This document shows, piece after piece, positions 53,001-64,000 of a DNA stretch of 64,000 nt. Under the pieces are notes generated by a model, which was not told the origin of the DNA, did not search any database, and saw only the letters and a program-made list of their open reading frames with translations. The position numbers were made by a program, and so were the translations under genes. The stretch spans positions 61,504,001-61,568,000 of the forward strand of contig NC_043006.1 in the NCBI RefSeq assembly GCF_006345805.1, in the 5' to 3' direction. This DNA comes from Octopus sinensis. Its lineage: Eukaryota. Position 1 is the first letter of the stretch. Every line of letters begins with the position of its first letter.

Positions 53001-54144
53001 TATTTCAATGTGTTTCATGAGGATATTCACTTTCCTTTGTGGCAACAGAGGTTGCTGCATATACCTTTAATTCTGTGATGACCAAATTTATGTTTTTTTA
53101 TTGTTGTTGCCGCCTTAGTTTAGGGCCAAGATTTTGGGAAGTAGAGACAGTGGTCCATACAGAATTCCGTGGATTTTAATGCCTTGATTATACTCATGGT
53201 TTCCGAATTCATTGTTTCCTGATTTAAGGTTTGCTCCACGTTCTTTCCCGTTTATATTTTTGTTTTTGTTGTTATCGTTTGATGCATTTTGGTCATCATT
53301 ATGCGTTCCAAACTTTTGAGATACTTGTGTTTCAGTATTGTTCTATGAGTACAATTTGCATTTCCATGGTGTATTTTTTCTTTTAAATTCTCTAATTAGG
53401 TTTCTCATAACTTTTTCTTCTTTAGAGAATGCATCTCCTGATGTTGGCTAGTTTGATAGACTTCATCAATATAACTAGATCTGGGTAATTTTTCTTCGAG
53501 ATTATATATGAATATGCTGCTATACTTTCGTTTTGCGGGTAGAGGACTACTACAACATAAGGGTGTAGGCAAAAAATATAATCTGCTCGTGCCTGTGCTT
53601 TTTGATTTTATTTGCGGGACGTGAAGAATAACGTCCGGCACTTTAATTAGATTGTCATAATTTTCCTATGATATATGTCTGGACGTTTCTGGTGTTAAAG
53701 TATTTTTCACATGTAACTTTTCGTACTTTTTGAGAAAAAAATTTTGAAGCCCTAATTTCTCATTTTGTTTTCCTTTAACTAAGAAATGTGGATATTAAGT
53801 AAATTTTTTGCATTCTCTTGTGTATAATGAGATGATTTGAAACGTAACCTAGTGAGTGTGTATACATGCGTTGTGTGAGTGTTGGAGATTGTACACTATA
53901 ATAATATATCATTTCTTGAGGAAAAAATAAATACGTTATAATTACTCGCTCGGTATAGCCAACATTTTGTTTGTACTTTTTGGCTTCATTTTATCACTTT
54001 ATTATCTTTACATGATAAACGTGCTCCGAGTTCTAGTTCTTCTTCCTCCTCCTCCTTCTTCTTCTTCTTCTTCTTCTTCTTCTCAATATCATTATCATTA
54101 TTATTGTTGTTGTTGTTGTTGTTGTTATTATTATTATCATTATT

Positions 54145-54650
54145 GAATGAGAAAGCAGTGCAGGAAGTAAAATGGCATTGGGGTAAAATGTACGAAACTC
54201 AGTATACCCATCATGACTAACCGTCTGATAAAAGTTATACACCAGGCACGTGCATCACAAACATATGTGTGTGACATGGTTATCTCATATCAAGACAAAC
54301 AGAGTATGACCTTGCAAGTAGTAATCCATCCCACTTAAATGGTACATCAATAAAAGTTGTTTAATGATGGTGAAGAAAACACCCATATTTCGAAAGGTGA
54401 ATTATCCAAAACCCAAAGAAATCCTCTCAACACATGGCATGGTGCTCCCCCACTACTTCTGCTCGTGATCCGAGATACACATATCGTCAACCACTCTACT
54501 GGTTAAAGTCAAACAACTGACAAACAAATCTGTGGTACTGAGCGTAATATTTCATGTAGTCCATATTTTATACCAATACAAAACAATATACAAGATAAAA
54601 CTTCCAATCAGAAGCCATGAGAGCCACTGCCTGGTACTGCACCAGGGAAT
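54145..54650. mobile_element. ~500 bp dispersed non-coding repeat flanked by trinucleotide tracts
   Basis: The end matches 31091-31210. No ORF. Bounded by (ATT)n on the left and (AAT)n on the right. Confidence 0.6.
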
Positions 54651-54662
54651 ATAATAATAATG

Positions 54663-54722
<60 letters not shown>

Positions 54723-54815
54723 TTTCTTCTTCTTCTTCTTCTTATTATTATTAATATTATTGTTGTTGTTGTTTTTGTTGTTGTTGCTTCTGCTGCTGCT
54801 GTTGTTGTTGCTGTT
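54651..54815. repeat. Compound (AAT)n/(CTT)n/(GTT)n/(GCT)n tract
   Basis: Direct reading. Confidence 0.9.
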
Positions 54816-57595
54816 AGTACTATAGTGTCACCAAACGCTAGGTAATATTTTATCACTGAGAATTTATTGCTAAATGCAGTTGGAATTGATTCAATTCTCT
54901 TCTGATACAGGGTGAGAGTGGTCAAGTGTATATATTTCGGAATATTAAGAAAATTTCATGTGTTTGACTATATGTGTGCTTATATGTGTGCACATGTGTG
55001 TGTGTGTGTGTCTGTGTGTGTATATTTCGGTATGTGTGTATAGGCATGAATTCTTACATACTGAGAAAGGCGGTAGGGGAATTATCGTTATTTGCTATAT
55101 TCGTCACACAGTGTCTGACCAAATTTTACTTCTAATATTCCAGGCCAATTTCAGTTCCTGGCGCTATAAACTATTCAGTGTTAAGACTCTTGATTGATAT
55201 TCTCTGCTTTATTCGTAAAGTCCATAAAGACGTCTAACGTTTTTCCTTAATCTAAATGAAGCAAAACCAGATAACTTTTCTTTATTATGTCTCTTAACCT
55301 ATTTGCAGATTAGTCGCTCCACGTCTTACTAAAACTGAAAGATGACATATGTATCAGAATTACCAAGAGCCACAGATTTACTTGAACAGATCGATAACAA
55401 TTTTTCGCCTCACATGGTGTATTGATTTATACTTTTGCCTTTCCTTATTTCTTGGATATGTGATGGACAGGATATTTAGTTGCAATGCAATTCGTTTCAG
55501 ATTATAAGAAAGTTACTGATGCATACTTTAGTATACGCCATTCTTTTCAACAATGAGTCGCAGAATTACAGATTTGCTGGAGCGCATTTTCACGGCTTTT
55601 CTGTGAATGTTTAATGCAGTTATATACAGGTTTTTCCATTCTTGTCACTGAGCTCATATCATTGATATTTAACTTCATCGGCGTTATTCAGTTCATATAT
55701 TACACCGGCTTCTATAATTTGGTAACCAAATGAATCAAATAGACAATTTTATTAGCAACAGTAATTCCTGAAATTTAATGGTTTTTACTCATCATAATCC
55801 ACTCCAAGTTCTTGATGTGTGTGAATCCGCAACTTGACAGGAACGAAATTAAACAATCTAGTTATACGTCGAACAACAGAAATATGTTTCCTAAAGAATA
55901 GTTGCGACTGCAAAATTAAAGAAATTATTCGCACAAAGATAATACAATAAAACAAGACTATAAATGTCGAAGAGACAGAATTAAAATTTTAATCTTAAGT
56001 ATTATATCTTGTATATTGTTACAATAACCGCCAAATATGAGATATTCAGACAATAATAGGAATTACATCATGTTACTGCTCCTAAACTGGTATATCACTT
56101 CGCCGTGGCAGAGTTGCAAAAATATTAATGAAGGGGCGATGACTCATGTTGGCTCCAATATTTAAGTACCATAAGTTGAAACTCGTTCTTTTCATTGTAA
56201 TTATTGTTAAGGATTGAAACAGTAACACACTGCAAATGATTGGTTGAATACAAGAATCGAAACTATGACATATATGTTACTTTACCGTCACCCCCTTTTT
56301 TTATGATAACGGTGAGTGAGGTTTAAAACCAGTGACTGAAAGAAAACATCAACGAAGTTGAATACAAACGCATACAAATTAGGCACAAGGACATAGAATC
56401 GAAACTAATTGTATATACACACACACTTAGAGATAACGACGGACACACGTTGAAGAAAACACCTACATACATACACAGATGCACATTTCCAAGCTATAGA
56501 AAATGATATTTCCTTAAGATACTGAGCAGGCGGGATCAAATTCAGACACCTTTGTTTGGGAAACTAACTCCATTCGACTATACATTGCTCTCTTGCTCTC
56601 TCTCATTCTGTCTCTTAAACCCACACATATACACAAAGGCAAACGCACAGACACACACACGCACACAAACAATGCATATTAGATTGAAGGATTGAAGGAT
56701 CATTCACTCAAGTACAAATTTATTATTCTTTAACAAGAATAGTATTGAAAAAGTGGCTTCGAATTTTCAGCCAGCTAAACCATCATCGGACAGTCCAGTA
56801 ACGGTATAGATAGCCAAAACTTTGCAGCCAGTGACAAGACACTATACATGTTAAAGAATAATTTGTGTGTGTGTGTGTGTTTCTCTATGTGTATATGAAT
56901 GTATATGTATGGATATGTACGTACATACATCCAAACATACATTACCAACACTAACCATAAAACGCAGAATTGATGCAGAAACCTTCGCTATAGCAATAGG
57001 CTAACTGCAGAACGGGAAGGCACTTGGAAGGGATCTAATACTTGGTTATTGATTCATACAGTCATACATACATACATGCATACATTGATACATACATATA
57101 TGCATGCATACATTGATACATATATACATACATACATTATGCTCTGTTAGCAAGTTAATTATTTGATGTATCTTTATGAAGAATTTTAGATTTCAAAACA
57201 GATATTTCTTCTTTCTTTTTCTGCAACTCGCACTAATCTTATTCTACTTAACAATCTTCTAAAGCCTTTTGAATATGCTCATACCACACAGTCCATTTGA
57301 AGAATCTCAGAATCTTAGATATATTTATTTTCTCTTAATAGCTAATTCTTAAAGTTGCGTCAATAAATACTTGAAATTGTAGTGTATTGCAAACATCTGG
57401 TGAACGTATTCTGAACTTGCATGAAATATGTTGCTAAATTTTTCCCGCAACAGATATGAAGACAACAGTATACAATGGCAATATAAATGCACATGTGGCT
57501 TAGTGAGATTTATTACTGAGATGGAATTAATATTTTAATAGTAGGAAATTCTAAATGGTCGAGACATAACTAATGTAAGCATGTTTTATACCAAC

Positions 57596-57673
<78 letters not shown>

Positions 57674-57828
57674 ATATATTATTGTGCAACATATGACGTA
57701 TAATAGAAGCTCCGTACGTTTCTATATACGATTAAGAATGGAAATCTATTACACATAAGCGTTGCATATGTACTTATGTATATGTAACTATACATATACG
57801 TATGTATGTCTATTTATATGTTCATATG

Positions 57829-57860
<32 letters not shown>

Positions 57861-57861
<1 letters not shown>

Positions 57862-58998
57862 TTGCTTGTTTCAGCTTAGAGATGCGGCCATGCAGATGCA
57901 CCGCCGTGTTTTGCTACACTGTTATTACGACGAACCTCGTCTAATATGTGGCACTCGGTGAAGAATGGAGTTTGACATAGCTACTCTCATTTGCACCTCA
58001 TGCCGTGAGGTAGGTTCATCTGGGACTCTCGTCAGGAAGATGTCCAGATTTGATTTAAAAACTGCTACATCTACTTTGTGCATGTTCCTCAGACTCTTTG
58101 GGAGGATATTAAAAAGCTGTGGGCCCTTGAAACCCAGGCTGTTGCAGAAGCTGGTCCTGAAGCGTGATGTCATTGCTGGGATATTTGGCACTATGCAGTG
58201 TCGTCTCGTTCTAGTATTGGTGTAGCTTGCAATGCCAAACTTTGGCACAATTCCTTCCAGGATCTTCCTGACATATATTACTGCATACCTCTCCCGTCTT
58301 CTCTCTAGGGAGTAGAGTCTTAGCTGTTTCAACCTTTCCCAATAGCTGAGCCGTTCCAAAGAGACGATCTTCTTTGTGAATCTTCTCTGGATTGATTCAA
58401 GGTCCGCTGTTAATTTTACACTGGTGGGTGACCATAGCTTTGAGCAGTAATCCAGGCGGCTGAGGACGAATGTCCACCAAAGGACCATCGTGGTTTCCTT
58501 ATCTCTTGTTCTGAATGTTCTTAGGATCCACCCAGCCAGTTGTCTGCACTTTGTCGACATCCTGGTAATGTGCACTTGGAAAGAGGTATCATCACTCATG
58601 TCGATACCCAGGTTCCTCACAGTCTTAGGCTCTGGGATTGAAATTCCTTGTGGACCGGTTTATCCTGTAAGATTAATATTCAGTTTTGGATGCTGGTAGC
58701 GCAGGGCCTGGAATTTTTCAGCATTAAACTGCATATTACTATCCTCAGCCCATCTGTAGATTGAGTCCAACTCCTGCTGCAGATAAGCACCATCGCTAGG
58801 TTTCTGTATTTTCTGCGAGACTTTCGTATCGTCTGCATAGCTTGCCAGAGTGGCTATCCGGGCATTTGAGGGCATATCTAAGAGGGCCACTATAAAAAGC
58901 AGAGGTCCCGAGACAGTGCCCTGTGGAACACCGCTCATTATTTGTGTGTTCATAGAGACTGCTCCATTAACCATTACTGCCTCACTCCTATCTTTCAT
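57861..58998 (-). mobile_element. 5'-truncated LINE copy (1.1 kb), same family as 39192-42104
   Basis: GVPQGTVSGPLLF, SYADDTKV and LGIDMSDDTSFQVHITRMSTKCRQLAGWILRTFRTRDKE are near-identical to 40980-42100, with the same 3' tail. Confidence 0.95.
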
Positions 58999-61736
58999 AT
59001 ATATACATATATATGTGTACGTGCATGTATGTGTGTTTATGAGGTAATATACATCTCCACTCTTGGATTTTCCATAAGAACAAACTTTACTGCGCTATTT
59101 ATCATAAGAGAAACTCTCATATTAGCTTTTCTCTGTTACTTCTAGCACCGAGACTACCAAACACATGATTTCTACCTTCTTTAGTCTTGTCAAATCTGGA
59201 CATATTTGTGTGTGAGTGCGTAAGAGACAATGAGTCAAATAGTGTGTGTGTGTGTCTGTGTATGTGTGCGAGAGAGAGAGAAAAAGAGAGAAAGTAAGAG
59301 AGTGTGTGCTTGTGTATGAATATGTGTGTGTATGTGTGTCTGTGTGAGCTCGTTCGTGTGATGCAACAGCAGCGATGCGACGGTAGTCTGGAAAGGAATT
59401 ATTCAAGGGATTTCGACCTTTGCTCTAATGTCAAGAACTAGAGAACGAATGTAATCGCCTTAAAAATACAGGCCATGTTGGTGAGAAATAATTTAAGTAA
59501 GGAGAAATGTCTCTAGCATGTTATGCTGAATAAAAAAAAGGCTAAAGTGTAGAAAATGGATGAAGAGCATGCGGAATAACGTGATGAGCAAAACTTAAAT
59601 GCCATCCTAAACTTTTATTTAAAGCATAATCTCACAAATGTAATGTACTTAACAAACACCATTTTGAATTTCTTTCAGGGGAGAAAGAATTCATATTTAG
59701 AGATAGCAGATATATAATATGAAATAAACATTTAGGTACGGAATATGCAGTTAATATGCAACGTGTAGCTCAGGATATTTTGACAACTAAGGATTAAATG
59801 ATTGCACGAGTAACTTAAAGTCTAACAAGTACACACATAAACGGATAACAAGGATATATTTATATTTATATATATATATATACGTCAGCGCACACACATA
59901 CACACGTTCATAAACACACGCACACATTATCTTCATACACAAACACAAGTTTGTTTACAAACGCATGCCAGGTTGACAGTTCTCCTCCTTGTCTCTCATG
60001 CTTCAGGCGACCTCCAACTTTTCCGTACATTTGAGCATGTGTTGACAGTGTAATTCAGAACGTTTTCTTTTTCCATTTTTCCCGTCTCGTCGATTCTTTC
60101 TACGCATGAGCGTATTAAAACGAAACGTAAAGCATCTTCTGTTTTAATTTTTCCTGAGCCTAACCGTCATACAGACTGTTGGTTTGTTTTTTTTGCCTCA
60201 TCATTTTCTTTTGCCCAATATGTGTGCGAGTGTTTGTCGGTGCTTGTATGTGTGAGTATGTGTCCTAGTGCGTGTTTGCGTGTGTGACTGTGTGTGTTCA
60301 TGTGTAGATACGTACACACACATTTACAATCAGAATTTTGTAAGTTCTGCGTGGTCGAGGAGAAAGAGATAATATTTCCTGTGATGTCATTAAGAACCAG
60401 ACTGTGCACTAAAAGTACGTCAACTCCACAAAAAGTGACAACAAAATCAAACTGAGGTATTCATCTCCGGGCCTATATTAATCATTCTTTTAGGCTTGTT
60501 ACAAAATTGTCGTTGAAATGATGAAGTAGGTTTACGCTTGAATTCGAATAGATGGCTGGTATTTGTATCTACTGATATACGTATCTGCAAGTGTGTATGT
60601 GTTTGTATGTATATTACACATGGAATCTTTCACATATGTACGCATATCAAATATTGAAGCACATTCTCAATAGTAGTGTTTCAAAATCTGTTTTACCCTT
60701 TTGTGTTTCAAATTTCCAGCAGAATTGCACTCGTCAGTTTATTCACCTTTGAAAAACTACATCCGTTACGAGCAGATCTATTTCTCCGGCAAGATGTCAG
60801 AGGAAGAATGGCCGTATAAATCACGTTTGCTTAATTATATTTGATCTATAGATTAATTTTGTTTAAATTTGAAGTTGAGATTTTCTACCGAATTAATCAT
60901 CTCTACACTATGTTGTTATTTTCTCTATCTCTGTTATGTTATTTGTCTCCTTTGCATGATTTGTAACTCTATTTTCATTATCTGCTTAATCACTTGATTT
61001 TCGATGTCAGCATTATCAACATAACATCCTTCGAGTTGCAAACAAAACGCTGCACCAGGCAGTAATATTATCTATTTTCTCGTTCACTTAGGTGATGCTT
61101 ATGTTTGAAAAATGTTTTGAATTTAACTTTGTTCATAATATCGAATTTGCCTACTTCCTAATTCGTAGTAAATATATTTTTCATCTTTATCCTCTAAAAG
61201 TCCAGTCTAGTTTTATATTCCATTTCAAACCTACACTCTAGATATTGTTCCGGACAGCACTATCAATTTTCCCATCTTAATGAATTCAAGATTTTCGCGT
61301 AGAACTATATGAAACACGAGAGCTGCATTTGTGAAACAAATTACTCACACACCTCTTTAACGTGAAAAAAGGTCATTTATAAAATCCTATGATTTCATCA
61401 GCATCAGAAAATATATTAAACATGATAATCCTATGAGTAACGATCAATATCACATAGGCTTTCACTTAATCTACAAGATTAAAAGGCAATCATAGTATCT
61501 CAAGGAAGTTCGGTTGTACATGCGCGCGCACACATATACATATGTACATTATATATATATGTAATAATGTAGAACAAACAGTAAAAGGATGTCATTATAG
61601 AGGTACGATTGATTTTCGTCGGCTACTAATGGCGCAGATGCAATGAAAATCCACTGAATAAAAGGGAAGTTATTCTAATAGATAGCAAAAAGGAAAAAGA
61701 AGATCAAAAAGTAGACGCAACCATATTCTCACAATA

Positions 61737-61785
<49 letters not shown>

Positions 61786-61788
<3 letters not shown>

Positions 61789-62443
61789 TAGTTTTATTTT
61801 TATAGCGTGCTTTCACTTCACTACCGAGCGCAGCACTGTGTGCCTTGGGTATGTGCTGTGATTTGTTGTGATGCTCTGATGGTTATTGTATGGAAAGTGT
61901 TCTGCGTAGGATGTGTGCAGTGCCTAGTAGTGCAATTTTCTGTATGTTATATGTGTTTGTAAGTCCTGGTGTTTTTGTTATGTATTTGTCTGAATATTTT
62001 TTATCATGCCTAATGCACCTACTATGATAGGAATTGTTTCTGTTTTCAGGTTCCACATTCTAGTTACCTCTATTTCCAGGTCTTTGTATTTTGAGAGTTT
62101 CTCCATTTCTTTTAGAGACACGTTGCCATCTGCCGGTATTGATACATCAATTAGAAAGCATTTTTTTTTCTTCATGATCTCTGACAACTATATCTGGTCT
62201 GCTGGCCTTAATTTCTCTATCTGTGTGTATCGGCATATCCCAGAATATGGTTGCTTTCTCGTTTTCTGTGACATTTTCTGGTGTGTGCCTATACCATCTT
62301 TTTTCTGTTGTTATTCCATAATGTTGGCATAGCTTCCAATGTATGTAGGTTCCAACTCTGTCATGTCTGTGAATATATTCCTTCTTAGCCAGGACTGGGC
62401 AGCTAGAGATAATATGATTTATTGTTTCTTGTCCATCTCCACA
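61786..62443 (-). mobile_element. R4/Dong-like 3' fragment (third family) inside (TAA)n
   Basis: [74 protein letters not shown]. (ATT)n on both sides. Confidence 0.92.
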
Positions 62444-62494
62444 TATTATTATTATTATTATTATTATTAGTATATTATTATTATTATTATTATG

Positions 62495-62557
<63 letters not shown>

Positions 62558-63046
62558 AATATAGGATTAAGTTTTTCGAAAAAAAATTATCAATGGCCAG
62601 CATATTAAAAAATACGTTTAAAGGTAAAATTTATAAACAACTTATAAACAAGAGCAAAAGAAAATAATCTAATGCCAAATATGCCGAAACTAGACACATC
62701 GTCCATAACCATATACTTTATCACAATAAGCACGTTTCTCGAAGAAAGCCAACAGAAATTTCTAAAAAATTCCGTTATTACCATATCGGACCCTATTTCA
62801 GAGTTAGTAAGAACCTTTCCTTCCTCAGTGATAAATGCGGCAAAGAAATAAATGAAATACTTACACATACCCATGGAAGAAGCAAACACTAAGTCATGAG
62901 CACAACTAAGTACCCCAAATATATCCAAAATAGAAATTCTGCAGCCCATTGGAGGCACGTGCGATTCGAACTGAAACTCTCACAGAGTGAGACAGTCCGG
63001 AGGTGAACAGTATTAAATTTACACACATACACACACACACACATAT

Positions 63047-63099
<53 letters not shown>

Positions 63100-63138
63100 G
63101 CGTGTGTATGTACGTATATATACGCTTATATGTACGTA

Positions 63139-64000
63139 CATAGTGTGCCAAAAGTCACTGATTGGTTACAATTTTTAATAACTTCCTTAACTTTACACAT
63201 AAAGGTATGAAATGTTGATGCGATATAAAGGACATAATCGAAATAGTGAAGGCACGTGGCTCAGTGGTTAGAGCGTCGAGCCTACGATCGTGAGGTTGTG
63301 AGCTCGAATCCCGGACCGGGCTGCGTGTTGTGTTCTTGAGCAAGAGACTTTATTTCACGTTGCTCCAGTTCACTCAGCTGTAGAAATGAGTTGCGACGTC
63401 ACAGGTGCTAAGCTGTATCGGCCCTTGCCTTTCCCTTGGACAACATTGGTGACGTGGAGAGGGGAGGCCGGTATGCATGGGCGACTGCTGGTCTTCCATA
63501 AAACAACCTTGCCCAGACTTGTGCCTCAGAGGGTAAATCTCTAGGTGCAAACCCATGGTCAGTGTCTGACCGAAGGGGGTCACCAATGGAAATTGATATG
63601 CACAAACCAAATTTGGCATCACCACTACATTACATATGACAAATGACATCGCTTAAACGGCAGTCATTTTCAGCTTCACACGCCCGTTCTCTTTCCAAAA
63701 TTTGCACCATAACACACTCAAGAGTTTCGGACTCTACGTTTCTGATTCTCTGATGATGTTCTCCTTCCGTTGCACCAGGGTCTCCGGTTAGTTGACGTAA
63801 ACCCTCTTTTTCAAGCATCCCCAGAAGAAAAATACGGACTAGCCACGTCTGGGTAACGTGAAAGCAAGTTCGCATTGCCGTGGCTGGAGATTATACTCTC
63901 TTCAAAGCACAGCATTGCTTTCTTGCACTACGAACAGTTGCCTCATCTTGCTGGAACAATGAAAGGGGTCTATTTTTAATGGCCGGTCTCAGTTGCAGAT
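63139..64000 (-). mobile_element. Tc1/mariner-superfamily transposon 3' part (runs past the window end), interrupted by a SINE
   Basis: FQQDEAT, FEE.IISSHG, SRYPDVASPYFFFWG.LKKRVY, IIREIRNV..ETLECVM..ILER..ACE..N..RLSDVI. TA|CATAGTGTGCCAAAAGTCACTG terminal repeat-like end at 63139. Confidence 0.8.
63248..63581 (+). mobile_element. tRNA-derived SINE (third family; CORE/Meta-like central domain)
   Basis: A box TGGCTCAGTGG, B box AGCTCGAATCC, central GTTCTTGAGCAAGAGACTTTATTTCAC..CTCAGCTGTAGAAATGAG. Possible decayed TSD AATCGAAATAG / AATGGAAATTG. Confidence 0.85.

Noticed and set aside
60715-60845. Open frame AELHSSVYSPLKNYIRYEQIYFSGKMSEEEWPYK after TTTCCAG
   Set aside because: No convincing donor site or homology; cannot be supported as an exon.
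63248-63320. Possible tRNA gene
   Set aside because: The tRNA-like head continues into a SINE body, so it is a SINE promoter region.

Overview
Eukaryotic, AT-rich and very repeat-dense DNA, with no host protein-coding exon that I can support. The SINE families and the (TA)n/(CA)n/(ATT)n load look like an Octopus (cephalopod) genome; this is inference from recalled repeat families, not a search. Contents: (1) two families of APE+RT LINEs (CR1/L2 group), one nearly full length and broken mainly by indels; (2) six copies or fragments of RLE-bearing R4/Dong-like retrotransposons, most embedded in (TAA)n tracts; (3) Penelope-like (GIY-YIG) remnants, one split by a complete mariner whose removal restores the reading frame; (4) further Tc1/mariner remnants; (5) non-autonomous Helitrons, including an exact head-to-tail CTAG|TC junction; (6) three tRNA-derived SINE families, including a 4-copy tandem array; (7) three near-perfect palindromes (1.28 kb, 0.18 kb, 0.73 kb). 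The two large palindromes carry outward-facing hammerhead-ribozyme motifs, and the one at 15629-15718 has an intact catalytic core. Most of the supplied ORFs are microsatellite or antisense artefacts.
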